Of a DNA stretch of 64,000 nucleotides, positions 1-13,164 are shown piece by piece; the stretch's first letter is position 1, and every line of letters starts with the position of its first letter. Origin of the DNA: Octopus bimaculoides (lineage: Eukaryota); contig NC_068983.1 in assembly GCF_001194135.2 (NCBI RefSeq), positions 28,999,027 to 29,063,026 of the forward strand, in the 5' to 3' direction. A program made the translations under genes and the position numbers. Under the pieces are notes generated by a model, which was not told where the DNA came from, ran no database searches, and saw only the letters and a list, made by a program, of their open reading frames with translations.

Positions 1-264
1 TGACAGGTTGGGCATCAGGTGAATTGCTAGGGAAGTAAACAGTTAAATCAGACCTGCTCTTGCCCAAGTTGTTGGCACTTCCCCTGTATATGATCTTCAA
101 AGGTACCAACATATTTATCTTCCAAAAATGAAAAAACAATATTAAAAAGGGATTTTTTACTGCAACAGCTCTAAGAAATGTTTATATGACATCTAATCAA
201 AAGCCAGGGTGTGTGTTTGTTATGTTTTGTTTTGTCTTTTTTCCACACACAGTTCACCCACTTG

Positions 265-410
265 TAGAATGTATTCTGTCTTAGAATGTATTCTGTCTTA
301 GAATGTATTCTGTCTTAGAATGTATTCTGTCTTAGAATGTATTCTGTCTTAGAATGTATTCTGTCTTAGAATGTATTCTGTCTTAGAATGTATTCTGTCT
401 TAGAATGTAT
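265..410. repeat. 17-bp minisatellite (TAGAATGTATTCTGTCT) x8.6
   Basis: Eight identical units plus a 10-bp partial unit read directly. Confidence 0.95.
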
Positions 411-630
411 ATTCAGTTACAGCTGATTTATAGATAATCCATATGATTTTCTCTATATTTTAACTATGGAGTAGTAGAAGCCATTATTCATTGATTTTTA
501 AATGTGCTGCATACAGTGAAGCTATATATATATATATATATATATATTTAGTCCCTATCCCCTGCTCTAGATGGGATGTGTAGCTGTGTGCACAATTGTT
601 ATCTGAAGAATATAAGGAAGCACAAATATA

Positions 631-1010
631 GTTATGTGGTTAAGAAGTTTACTTTACAAAGCACATGGTTTTGGGTTCAGTCCCACAGCATAGTCCCTTG
701 GGCGAGTGTCCTGTACTGTGGCTCACTGAGAAGACTATTGCCTTGTGAGTGAATCTCATAGACAGAAACTGTGCAGAAGGTGTTGTGTACATATACATAT
801 ACATACATATATGCATGCATGTATATATACATACATGCACATATGCATGCATGGTTACCTACATAAATACATGCATGTATATATGTGTGTAAGTAAGTAT
901 GTATGTATGTATGTATGTATGTATATATGTATGTATGTGTGTATGTATGTATGCATGTATGTATGTATGCATGTATATATGTATGAGTATGTATGTATAT
1001 TTAGATATGT
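631..1010 (+). mobile_element. Diverged SINE-A head followed by (TA/TG/TATG) microsatellite
   Basis: GGGTTCAGTCCCAC B-box-like motif and CCTTGGGCGAGTGTC CORE-like motif, then compound microsatellite. Confidence 0.75.
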
Positions 1011-1317
1011 TTAAAATCAATTTATAAAAAATTAAAATTAAATTGAGCCTTTACTTTATATTATACTCATTTATTGTGCTTTTAATTATTAATTTTTCTA
1101 TATGTGATAGTGGATTTTCATCGATGAGTTCTTGAAAATTGGCTATTTTCCCTAAAACTATATATATATATATATATAAATTCAAATTACGACAAACGTA
1201 AATAAACGAAGTTTGCTTTTAGAAGTGAGCCACCTACACTTTTCTCTGCAAAATAGGGGTAGCTTATCCTGTTCAGACTATATTATTAGCATTATTCTGC
1301 GATTGAGAATATATATG

Positions 1318-2281
1318 ACTAGCTGATGTACCTGGTAATTCCTGGGGAAGCAGGGCTTATCCCTCATAATTGTTTCGCTACTCTAATAACAACAATACAA
1401 AGAATGTAGCTCTTGAAACGGTTTTTGTGCATTTACAGAGAATACCAAACTGTCTTACACAGGATCTAATTTTTAGGAATTCCCAATAAATTATGAATAT
1501 CCAAATTGTGAAGTCAGTAATGTAAGAACATGAAATTAGTTACCTGATAGTAAGAATTCAAATAAAGTAGCCCCAAAAAGGGCTTTAATGCATTCCAAGA
1601 GTATATAGAACTTAGGAGGAAATACCAATAAGGTATGTATACTTAAATCGTAAAGCATGTTACATAATAATTGGCTAATCAGATATGAAATGATAACAAT
1701 TCAAAGTAAATAACTCTGAAAAGGGCTGTTGTGTGTTCCCAGAGAATATTACTCTCAGCGGTACCAATGTTGGTATATTCATGAATAAGTCACTAACCGA
1801 AATAAGTGGATCTATTGTTTAGGAAAATACTATTTACTTGCTTAAGGGTTGTACGGGATAAATTGTGAAAATAACCCTGTTGTTGTTGTTGGCACTCCGT
1901 CGCTTAACGTGCAAGTGGCTGAGCACTCCACAGACACGTGTACCCTTAACGTAGTTCTCGGGGATATTCAGCGTGACACAAAGTGACAAGGCTGGCCCTT
2001 TGAATTACAGGCACAACAGAAACAGGAAGTAAGAGTGAGAGAAAGTTGTGGTGAAAGAGTACAGCAGGGTTCGCCACCAAATGAACTATATTAGATATAT
2101 ATAAGGATCCCTTCCAGGGCCCTATTATCGATTTTTTAAAAACAATCTGAGTATGCCATAAGGTTTTTAGACAGGAGTTCTACTCACATGTCAAGTTTCA
2201 TCAAAATCGATAAGAGGAGTTAGCTAACAACTCCACAAACACACCCACAGACAGAATTTCCCACATATGTAGTAGATATAG

Positions 2282-2285
<4 letters not shown>
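1318..2285 (+). mobile_element. Possible non-autonomous Helitron/Helentron-type (HINE/DINE-like) element
   Basis: Starts ACTAGCTG; ends AAGTTTCATCAAAATCG...ACAAACACACCCACAGACAGA...GTAGTAGAT, the terminal architecture I recall for such elements. Carries a SINE-B fragment inside. Confidence 0.4.
1878..2079 (-). mobile_element. 5'-truncated SINE-B with internal deletion, (CAA)n tail
   Basis: Reverse complement matches the 3' half of the full copies at 17635 and 27267. Confidence 0.9.
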
Positions 2286-2337
<52 letters not shown>

Positions 2338-2361
2338 ATATATATATATATATATAAAATA

Positions 2362-2450
2362 TATAGTTTTAGGGAAAATAACCATTTTTCAAGAACTCTA
2401 TATGTGATAGTGGATTTTCATCGATGAGTTCTTGAAAATTGGTTATTTTC
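2362..2450. mobile_element. Short fold-back (MITE-like) element running into a gap; half copy at 1098-1160
   Basis: TATAGTTTTAGGGAAAATAACCATTTTTCAAGAACTC, 27-nt loop, GAGTTCTTGAAAATTGGTTATTTTC...; the copy at 1098 shows the right arm ending CCCTAAAACTA. Confidence 0.6.
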
Positions 2451-3080
2451 NNNNNNNNNNNNNNNNNNNNNNNNNNNNNNNNNNNNNNNNNNNNNNNNNN
2501 NNNNNNNNNNNNNNNNNNNNNNNNNNNNNNNNNNNNNNNNNNNNNNNNNNNNNNNNNNNNNNNNNNNNNNNNNNNNNNNNNNNNNNNNNNNNNNNNNNNN
2601 NNNNNNNNNNNNNNNNNNNNNNNNNNNNNNNNNNNNNNNNNNNNNNNNNNNNNNNNNNNNNNNNNNNNNNNNNNNNNNNNNNNNNNNNNNNNNNNNNNNN
2701 NNNNNNNNNNNNNNNNNNNNNNNNNNNNNNNNNNNNNNNNNNNNNNNNNNNNNNNNNNNNNNNNNNNNNNNNNNNNNNNNNNNNNNNNNNNNNNNNNNNN
2801 NNNNNNNNNNNNNNNNNNNNNNNNNNNNNNNNNNNNNNNNNNNNNNNNNNNNNNNNNNNNNNNNNNNNNNNNNNNNNNNNNNNNNNNNNNNNNNNNNNNN
2901 NNNNNNNNNNNNNNNNNNNNNNNNNNNNNNNNNNNNNNNNNNNNNNNNNNNNNNNNNNNNNNNNNNNNNNNNNNNNNNNNNNNNNNNNNNNNNNNNNNNN
3001 NNNNNNNNNNNNNNNNNNNNNNNNNNNNNNNNNNNNNNNNNNNNNNNNNNNNNNNNNNNNNNNNNNNNNNNNNNNNNNNN

Positions 3081-3135
<55 letters not shown>

Positions 3136-5180
3136 TATATTGAAATATGCAGATTTATCATGTTATTGTTGCTGTTGCTGCCCAGCCCCAGGTCACCCAT
3201 GGTTAAGCAGAGATCTGTAATCAAAGACATTCCAGTAGTAGCCACCCTATCAATTTTCGTAAATTATACAGCATCCAGAATTATATTATCTAATGTATAC
3301 TTTTATATGATTGTAGGGTACGATTTAGGGTGGGTGTCTAGTTGCTAGTTTTAGCCAACTTTAATACAATGTATAAACTCCCCCAATGGCTTTATGACCC
3401 ATCCATGCTGACATTTTTACTATGGTCAGCATTAGACACCTTATCCTTCTGTGTTGTTTAATCCCAATTCAATTCAATTTAAGCAAGAGACGTTCCAACA
3501 ATGACCATCCCATCTGTTTTTCTTTCCAGCACATAGTATTTAGGATCACATTATCTAATGTCCTCTGTAATGTTCCTTATACCCTTTCTTTTCTAAAGAC
3601 AGCAGGCTAAGATTTAAAGATTTGGGTGCCATTTCTAGCAGGCCAAGAAACCATGTTAAATGTGTAACCAATACACTGGTAGTTAGAGGGATTAACAATG
3701 CTAATTAAATGGATTAATGATACCTATTTGGATGGAATATGAGTCAGAAACAATTTCATGGTTCCAGAAAAATGGCTATATAGATGTAGAGGTAGTTGCG
3801 GCTTAGCACAAGGACACAAGTTTGGAAGGAAGTAAGTTAGCTTACCATTATGGAACCCTGTACTTCAATGATACTTATTTTAACAATGCAAGGTTAAGGT
3901 GACCCTACAGGATTCAAACTCAGAATTTAAAGTGACATACCTAATACCATAAAGCATTTATTCTGTCGAACACTACTAGTTGTGTCAAACTACTAACTGA
4001 CTAGCATAAATAAAAATATTAACTAGCTTCAGAGATTTGTCTAAAAACTGGTTGTCAACAATTGACAAATACAAAAGGCAAAGAAAAACATCGAGAATAA
4101 TATAACTTACAATGAAAAGAAATTTCAAATAATAAAAACCATATTAATCTTCCTTTTGTAAATTTCAAAAAATTTCTTTTCTTAACAGTTGCAATAGTAA
4201 ATTATATTCTTAATTCCTTCCTGATGAGAAAAATGGTTTTCAAAATTGAGTTTTTGTATTCATAAAAAAAGAAAACCTCTTTGTTTTGTGTTTTTTTATT
4301 CATATATATATATACATGTGTGTATGTATTATCTCATTTTCTCCTTATTTATTTTATTTGTTTATTTATTTTACATTTCTTTCATCACTAACAAGATATT
4401 TCCATTTAAAGAAATAGTCCATTTTACTTTGAAATCAAAAAAAGATTCTCCAGATTGATTTCCTATAAGACATCAATGATTTATTACAAAAATGCCAACT
4501 GCAAGGACAATAAGAGAAAAGAAAAAAAAAAAAGAAAAAGGAAAAAAAAACAAACAAACAAGGAACTAACTTATTTTAGTATAGCTAAGCTGACAAAGCG
4601 TTGAATAGTGAATCTGAAATCACAGATGTCAATGCGGCCTGCCTGTTGAAATATGGAAATCAGGAAGAGAATTGTCAATATGAGTTGGCTGGGTGGGCGG
4701 GCAGGTTGAGAGATATTAGAAAAAGGTATGGACACACATGTGGCCCGAGATGAAATATTGGATGTAAGAATAGAGATAGGAGCTTGCCAATAAGATAGTG
4801 GAAATAAGAGAGTTATTGGAAAGGAAAATAAATCAATAAAAGAACAAAAATGTCAAAGTAACTTTAAAGGAAGAATTAATATAATTGACATTTCTAGGGA
4901 TAGAATTGCAAAATAAAGTAAGCAGGTTAATTATGTCATGATAATGTTTTTCTTATCTTCTTACTTATTAACTATATCAGAACTAATGAATACAACCATC
5001 AGTAATGTAGTAACTGGATTTGGTTACATCAGTGTACTGAGTATTTCTTTGGTAACTACTTTGTGATACATTGGGATCACACCATTTTGAAATAAGCATC
5101 TTTGCTTAAATAAATACAGCATAGAGCAATGACAAGAGGCAAAGTAATATCCCATTAACTTGTTCTAGCAGTTTCATCAT

Positions 5181-5405
5181 ACTCTTTTACTCTTTTACTT
5201 GTTTCAGTCATTTGACTGTGGCCATGCTGGCGCACCGCCTTTTAGTCAAGCACATCGACCCCGAGACTTATTCTTTGGAAGCCTAGTACTTTTTCTATCA
5301 GTCTCTTTTTGCTGAACTGCTAAGTTACGAGGATGTAAACACACCAGCATCGGTTGTCAAGCGATGTTGGGGGGACAAACACAGACACACAAAACATATA
5401 CACAC

Positions 5406-5455
<50 letters not shown>

Positions 5456-5617
5456 GATGGGCTTCTTTCAGTTTCCGTCTACCAAATCCACTCACAAGGC
5501 TTTGGTCGGCCCGAGGCTATACTAGAAGACACTTGCCCAAGGTGCCCCGCAGTGGGACTGAACCCAGAACCATGTGGTTGGTAAGCAAGCTACTTATCAC
5601 ACAGCCACTCATGCACC
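5181..5617 (-). mobile_element. Full-length SINE-A (tRNA head + CORE-like domain + central (TA)n/(TG)n + AAAAGAGT tail)
   Basis: Near-identical to copies at 28214, 41003, 51468, 57012; pol III box-like motifs and ACCTTGGGCAAGT CORE-like motif. Confidence 0.92.
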
Positions 5618-6260
5618 ATGATAGATAGTTTCAATTTAATTCACATCAAATTTACTGAGAGGAGACTCTTTAGTCTCACTGAGAAGAAGTTAACGTCAAC
5701 AGAGCTGGTGCCAGGATAAAATGTACTTAGTATATTCTTTAAGATTGGAATTTTGTATCATAGAACCAAAGGCTGTCTCAAGTGGATTGGTAACAAAAGA
5801 GTTAATGCATAGTAACCCAAAGGCAGTCATAAAATTATAAAATATTACAAAGTTTCTACTATTTCTATTTTAATTATTGTTCAGATGTTATTAATGTACC
5901 ATGTGTAGTTTGGTTTTACAGTAGGTACACCACATGCCTGTATGCTGTAAAGCTGTGATTAAAAGGGTTGGTGACAGAAAGGGCACCTGGCTATAGAATA
6001 TTGCCTAAGAAAAATTATCCAACTTATGATAGCATGGAATACAGATATGATAATGATATAAATTTTTCATGAATTCATATTTTTGATTCTTTACTTGAAA
6101 ATCAGGTACAAATTAGTGGCAGGAAGGCCATCTGGCTGCAAAGTAAATTCTCAAAAACATGTCTGTCAAACCCTTGCTGACATGGAAAGATAAATGGAAG
6201 TAAAAACAAACAATGGTTTAAATAGAAATATAAGCATATTAAAACAATAGATTTTGTATT

Positions 6261-6338
6261 ATAGACCAGAGCCAACTTTAGCCCAATGGTTGTCTTAATA
6301 GACCAGAGTCAACTTTAGCCCAATGGTTGTCTTAATAG
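6261..6338. repeat. 37-bp tandem duplication
   Basis: ATAGACCAGAG(C/T)CAACTTTAGCCCAATGGTTGTCTTA twice, one mismatch. Confidence 0.9.
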
Positions 6339-7876
6339 TAATTTAAACAAAATATACTGGGGCCCCTACAACTACAATTTTCACTAATTAGTATTGAGTC
6401 TCAAGACCTCTGGGACCCTCAAGTAACTAGTCTGATTGCTTATGTCTTGATACAGTACTGCTTCAGGCAGGTTGGTATCAAACAGGTTAAATGAGAGAAA
6501 AAATATTACTTCCTTCTTTCCGTATCAAATTAGGAACAAGTATTGACATGTTTATTAAGATTTTCCTTCCTACATAAAATTGAATATTTGTGTAAACTTT
6601 GATTTATCTAACTAGAATATTGATTCATTTATTTTTCTTAAATCAGTAATATTATTTCATAAAAACCATTTCATTTAACTAAATAAATCAGATAAATTTG
6701 TTTTCGTACATGTATGAGTGTGTGAAATGGTGTGCCTGTGTGTGAGTGGTATGTGTTTGTATGTGTGTGTCTGTGCATTTGTATAATATAAGTGAGTTTT
6801 ATGCACACATGTGCGTACACATACACACATGCACACATATATATAAATATATATTTATGTATATTCAGACTTACTCAGAAATTCATGTAGCACACAACCC
6901 TGAGTCAGTTAGTCTAATTTCTGTGTGGCAAAAATATCAAAGCCTCCAAGTAATATAGGAAATATAATCAACCAAAACTAAACATCAACGTGAAAATATT
7001 TAAATATTGATTGTATGGTAACATCACAGGAGAAACATATATAGTGATATACCTTGTATGATGTATTTATAACTACATATCAACATGCCAGAATGTGTGT
7101 GTTGTGTGCATGTTGCATGCATGCATGTGTGCATGTGTGTGTGTGTGTGTGTGTATGTGTGTGTGTATGTGTGTGTGTGTGTGTGTGCTAAAGTGCTTAT
7201 ATGCAATACACAAACATTTGCATGCATATATGAAATTATATATTCTTCTGCTCTCCTTACAGATATATGCAACACGAATTTTGCACATTCATGATCAAAT
7301 TTGAAAAGAATAAAAATAATGTAAAAATGATTGAAAAGAAAAAAAAAATGATGTGTTAGTAGAAAAAGATGCAATGAAGGAAAATCCATAAAAAAAAGCA
7401 ACAACAGCAGTTGGTTTCCAATCTGGTGCACCAAGCCAAAAAGATTAAGTAGAAAATAAAAAGTCAAAATGACAGTAGAAAAATATTGAACAAAAATAGA
7501 AGCGTATACAGAAAAGTATATGGGAGTCCTTGAAATACAAACTTATTGAAGATACCAACCATTCTCTCTTGATTTATCTAATATGTTTGACACATATGCT
7601 ATGTTTTGTTTGTCAGATGGAGCTTATGTGACAACCAATGTTTATGTGATATAGAGGGTGAGAATTTTCGGAGCTAGATTTCTGACTGGAAACTTGACTT
7701 AAGATACACAGCTTTGCTACAGGGACGACATTGTGATCTTAAAGCCAGATATATTCTTACACGACTCAATATGTCTGAAAATAGATGCTACTGCCAATAG
7801 AGATTCAGCTATGAATGAAAAGGTGATCCAGGTGTAAAATATTCAGAAACTATACAAATATTTTAAATTGTTTGAA

Positions 7877-8225
7877 TAAGCGCAGGCACGGTTGTGTGAT
7901 AAGAAGCTTGCTTCAAAACTACATGGTTCCAGGCTCAGTCCTACTATATGGCATTTTGGGCAAGTGTCTTCTGCTATAGACTTGTGAGTGGATTTGGCAA
8001 ATGGAAAGTGAAAGAAGCCCATTTTACATATGTGTGTGTGTTTGTCCCATGCCGCCACTTAACAAACAGTGTTGGTGTGTTTATGTTTGTGACTTAGCAG
8101 TTCAGCAAAAGAGAATAATAGAATAAGTCCTAGGGTCGATTCATTTGACTAAAAATTCTTCAAAGTGGTGCCCCAGAATGGATGCAGTCTAATGACTGAA
8201 ACAAGTAAAAGAATAAAAGAATAAT
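7877..8225 (+). mobile_element. Diverged SINE-A
   Basis: Head, short TG tract and tail motifs all present. Confidence 0.85.
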
Positions 8226-8284
8226 AAAAGCCATTGTTATAGGTACAGGTATGACTCTGTGGTTAATAATAATAACATTGAAAA

Positions 8285-8455
8285 ATACCTTAGGAATGAG
8301 AACCCAGGTTCAAAATTTCCCCAAGACACCTGAAGAAAGCTGGAGGGTATATCAGCTGAAATGTTGTGTTAACAACAAACAAGATGAGGACAAATATCCG
8401 TCAAATGTAATGTACTACATCAACAGTTTTGACATTTTCAACATGTAATGACCAG
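8285..8455 (+). mobile_element. Penelope-like terminal repeat, family 1 (hammerhead-like core)
   Basis: CTGAAGA-A-AGCTG-loop-CAGCT-GAAA; same repeat at 13165, 14612 (-) and 14859. Confidence 0.65.
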
Positions 8456-9964
8456 TGAAATAAAAACACATGTATTCAATGCTCTAGTGACTGTGCCAAT
8501 TCACAGCCATTTAAAAACAAAGTCAAAATTAATTGAATACAGTGTATTTCATTAAAACATAAAATCAAAATGAATTGAAACAATATATTATTTATGAGAA
8601 AAATGGTAAAAATTAACTAAAACAGTGTATTTCATTAGAAAAATGTCATCAAAGGGTTAAATATGTTTTCATTTAGTCTCGTAATAAATGTTATTGCTAA
8701 ACATTTTAAATGATGCCTGTACAAAATAATTGCCATTCAGTAACTCAAAAATCTTTAAATATCAAATAACCTATGGTGAGTCTTTAAGTTTGTCAAGAAG
8801 AAGAATAAAGTGCAAGTTAGACGCACTGACAATTATTACTTGCATTCTATTATTGCACTATTACAGCAGGAAGTCTATGGCAATAAATGGCGGCTGTACA
8901 TATTATTCTCAAACAGACATTAACATTAATGGTTTTTCTCTCTCTTTTTTTTTTTTGTTTTGTTTTAAGCTTGTTTTTTCTTTAATACTATGACAACAGG
9001 AATGAAATTATTTTAATGGTTAAAATATATATGTTTTACCAGTTTCCTTATCAGAATTTGTAAAAGTACTTTGGCTTCGCTTTTTGATGTTTTTCTTGGT
9101 GTTTAGCATTTTCCAGTGGTGATGAGACGGGAAGGATACAGACTAGTAGAGTAGAACTGGCTCAGCTAATTAAGATGCTGCCTGAATTATTGCAGATTTT
9201 ATACTTTTACATTCACCATGCCTTAGCAACCTCAGCATGATAGACTGATAATAGCTTACAAGCAAAGAATGGTGGTATTTTACACCTGGATCGCCTTTTC
9301 ATTCATAGCTGCATCTCTATTTTGTCACAGCTACATTAATACACTCTTATTTTCCTATCTCACCAAGTTCTTAGCAGCTTGACTGACAGGTTTGGTTAGA
9401 TTATCCTATTGAGGTATAATAGACTAAAACATGTCCATAGTTTTCCCTTGCATGAAAAAAGCAAAATCAAACTTCAATTTCTCTACGCATGTAGATAAAC
9501 TTTAAAATTTTTACCAATATTTTCCACTTTTCTGTTTTGAGCTTTCTAAGGTCCTAACCAGTTCTGTATAAGATTAATTTCCTGCAATCTCCACTTGTGG
9601 CAGAATGTGCACAGACATGTGATAGTTGCCTTCATAGTATGAATCTATGTTATTGGACATACCTCATCAGCCATAATCTTTCATGCTGGCTTAAAACATG
9701 TTGGAAGAAGGTATTAATTTTGGAGTTTTCCTTCTTCTAGACTAATTGCTGTCACTGCAGTCAAGGAGCTCAGTCTACCCTTAAAAAAATCTATTTAACC
9801 CAAAGATGGGATCCTAACAGGTACTACTGTTCTGGGTCAGAATGGACCTTGGAGTAATGGTAATTAAGGGGGTGACTCCACAGGCCCCACAACTCCATAA
9901 CTCCCGAACTGGGGACTCAACACTGGATGCAATTTAATGTCATAACCAGGACAATTTTGTTATA

Positions 9965-10260
9965 CTGGTAGTGGCGCAAGCACTATGTCGGTTACAATAA
10001 AGGTTCCAGTTGATCTAATCAACAGAACAGCCTGCTCATGAAATTAATGTGTAGATGGCTGAGCATTCCACAGACATGCGTACCCTTAACATAGTGTGAC
10101 AAACCCGGCCCTTTGAAGTAGAGGTACTACTCATTTTTGCCAGCAGAGTGGACTGGAGCAATATGAAATAAAGTGTCTTGCTCAAGGTCACAGCACATTG
10201 TCGAGAATTTGTCATGAGTTCAATTAGGGTATTTGGCTCATGAGCCAGTACGTAACTGGT
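9965..10260 (-). mobile_element. Old SINE-B-related copy
   Basis: GTTCCAGTTGATC...CAGCCTGCTC...CCACAGACATGCGTACCCTTAAC matches the SINE-B 3' region in reverse. Confidence 0.75.
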
Positions 10261-11133
10261 ACTTAATTTAAGGATGAAAGGCAAAGTCGACCTTGGTGGA
10301 ATTTGAACTCAGAACGTAATGGCAGACGAAATACTGCTAAGCATTTCGCCTGGCATGATAACGTTTCTGCCAGATCGCCGTTTCTTTCAGTTTCTATCTA
10401 CTAAATCCACCAACATTTTAGTCAGCCTAAGGCTATCATAGAAGACACTTGCCCAAGTAGCCATACAGTGGGATTGAGCTTGGAACCATGTGCTTGAGAA
10501 GCAAACATCTTATGATACAGCCATACCCATGCCATGTATATTGACATTTGTACATGTCTGTGTTTGTCTCTCATTGCTTGACAGCCAATGCTGGTTTATT
10601 TACCTCCCCATAACTTAGCAGCCCAGCAAACAGAGACTGAGAGCATAAATGACTTACTTAGAATAAGTACTAAAAATTATCTGACTGACTAAACACTTCA
10701 AAGCAGTGCTCAAGCATGACTCAGTCCAATCACTGAAGTTAGTAAAAGAATAAAAATAAAAAGGCAGAAAATGAATACAAAGTTTTAAATATGAATAGTT
10801 CACAATGGGAAATTTTGTATCTCAGAACTAGGGATGGTCTCAGGTAGTTTAAAATCAAAAGTGTTTTAAAAAATTTATAATTCTTTATCTCATGTGCTTA
10901 TGTATCGGAAATAGTAATATTTAACTGCTTGGCTTTATATGGACTTCCTCTGCATTAGGAAAGGAAGTTGTAATATTCCTATCATTCCCAAAGGCTTTAT
11001 TTAGCAATATAAAAGAAATAGTTACTAGAAGGATTTTTAAAGAGAGAATGGAAAAAAATAAAATGGAAAAGATAATGAAGGGAGATACAAAGGGGAGGGA
11101 ACTGCTTTCATCTAAGGATATTGATGAAACAAA

Positions 11134-11200
11134 ACCATTATCTCTCCTTTCATTTGTGAGCAAGATTTTGTCTAACGTTAACTCTTTAAAATATATAAAT
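11134..11200 (-). CDS. Candidate internal exon, unknown protein (FIYFKELTLDKILLTNERRDN; 3' end uncertain)
   Basis: Acceptor cctatttgttatag; phase-2 start matches the exon at 11464-11528; lies within the 139-aa ORF 10921-11340. Confidence 0.25.
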
Positions 11201-11463
11201 CTATAACAAATAGGTACATTTCTAACATATAGTGTATGGTTTAGACAGAGGGAGGGAAGGAGAAGGAAGATGATTAATGAAAGAAATAGTGACGAAAACT
11301 GAAATAATAAGCATGCATAACGTAAAGCAAAATTTCTCAATTTTTATTGTAAATATTTTCTAAGATGTTACTTGTTATGCCTGGAATGGCCATGTGTTAA
11401 TGCAACCAACTTGTATTGTAGTTATTTATGAAGTAATCTTTCACAACTATGGCATACTTGTAC

Positions 11464-11528
11464 CTCATTGACCCTACAAAATCTAATAATGTGTCAAAGA
11501 GTACTTGAACATGACTTTCATATTTATT
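11464..11528 (-). CDS. Candidate internal exon, unknown protein (NKYESHVQVLFDTLLDFVGSMR)
   Basis: Strong acceptor tgttattcttgcttcag, donor GAG|gtacaa; only one frame is open. Confidence 0.4.
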
Positions 11529-12245
11529 CTGAAGCAAGAATAACAATGATATTTGCATTTATTTATTGTTTGTTGATTATTTCTTGCTTGTTATTCTTCG
11601 AATGCAGATATAAATTCAAAATAGGTTGTTGTTTTATATTTGTTAGTATTATTATTTTAATTTTTTTTTTTTTTTTTTAAGGAAAGGGAAGAAAATCTAC
11701 AATACAGTAGTAAACGGGAGAAAGAAAAATGAACAGAAAGAGCGACTGAAGTAGAAGAGAAATAAAGGTAAGGATATAGCATAAAAGATAACTTCAGATT
11801 TATTACAGATAAAAATAGAGGGGAAGAAAAAAGAAAGATCAATTTATTGAAAGAGAAGTGTGAAAATGTAAAGAAAAATCAAAGAATAAAGAAATTGAAT
11901 GAAAATAATAGGAATGATGAAATTAAAAAAAAAAGAATTTTTTTTAAAACAAAGAAGACAACTGCCACTACAAACTATCATTTGAGCCACCGCAATAAGA
12001 AAATGGAGTGAAATTGAAAACATGAACCACTCACTAGTAGTATGGATTATGTATAGAGAGAGATAAAATCCTCAAGGGATCACTGAGAAAGGAAAATAGA
12101 AAATATCTTAGTTATACAATCAATACCACTTGAAAGATCTCAACCACCACTACCATCAATACTACTACTACCACCACAACCACTACTACCATTACCCCAC
12201 TGCCACAACCACCACTGCCAACTACATTAACAGTGAAGTCTTTAC

Positions 12246-12368
12246 TAAACACCTCCTTGTATCAGGCAATCTCCTTTTTGCCTTATTACAATATAGCCAG
12301 GCCTCCTTCAAGCAAGAATACATGCTTAAGCTAAGATTAACTTCAGTTTTCTTTTGTGAATGTAATCC
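12246..12368 (-). CDS. Candidate internal exon, unknown protein (GLHSQKKTEVNLSLSMYSCLKEAWLYCNKAKRRLPDTRRCL)
   Basis: Acceptor ttctatttccaatag, donor TTA|gtaaag; 41 open codons, phase 0-0; other frames closed. Confidence 0.33.
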
Positions 12369-13164
12369 CTATTGGAAATAGAATTTTTCCAAAACAAACA
12401 AGTTGAATTCTGAGAAAAGAATTACGTAAAGGATAGAAAAAAAAAGTTACAAAAAAACTATAATAATAATAATAATAAATAAAACGGAGAACAATTCCTA
12501 AGCAATGAAATAGTTTCTCTAATGTTATTATTTTTATTTTATATCAAACAAAATAGAAGAAAGAAGTAGATTTTTTAATAGCATGCTCTGTAGAATAGGA
12601 GCATATTTTTAAATGATAAGTGAATATTTATTGTTAATTTATAAAGGTTAGTGGAAATAACTGAAATGAATTAATTATGCATATTTGTGTAAATCTTTTT
12701 AGAATCAAGACTTTAGGTCTTGGTTATTCGATTTGAGAATAGGCAATGTAAACTAACCAACGAAAAAAAAAAGCAAAAGAAATTAAGAAAAATATTAAAA
12801 TGTCAAAGTAATAAAAATTGAATAAGAATTTTTTTTTTTTTTGTTTTTTTGGAATATTCAGAATATTGTCTAGCTGAATATTTTAGTAGAGAAGACTTTT
12901 CTCAGTAGAATGTGAGAATGTTTGAAAATAATATTCTTCTTCTCTCTTATCTCAATAAGAAGAGATGGAGTGTGTCACTGACAGAGCTGAAAAAATGCTG
13001 TGATTTTTTTATTATCATCATAATCATCTTTCAATCTATCGTCATTTCTTTCACGCTTAAATGGATCAGACGGATCTACAAAGTCATGCAGAGTGTTGTG
13101 TCTTTGAGCAAGGCATTTTATTTCCTGTTGCTCCAGTCCACTCATCTGGCAAATACAAGTAGTA

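Noticed and set aside
2418-3245. Long ORFs in the track spanning N-runs (also 13.3-14.0, 32.9-33.4, 61.0-61.9 kb)
   Set aside because: Artefacts of gaps translated as X and of (TA)n tracts.
4428-4642. Two minus-strand exons giving QAALTSVISDSLFNAFWHFCNKSLMSYRKSIWRIFF
   Set aside because: Requires a weak gtcagc donor, and the second part hits a stop (TGA) before the donor I first considered; no homology recognised.
8866-8925. Myb-like fragment QEVYGNKW
   Set aside because: The frame closes after 18 codons, the phase is incompatible with the adjacent donor, and the remaining Myb residues are absent.
11681-11767. Plus-strand exon with strong acceptor and AAG|gtaagg donor
   Set aside because: All three frames contain stop codons.
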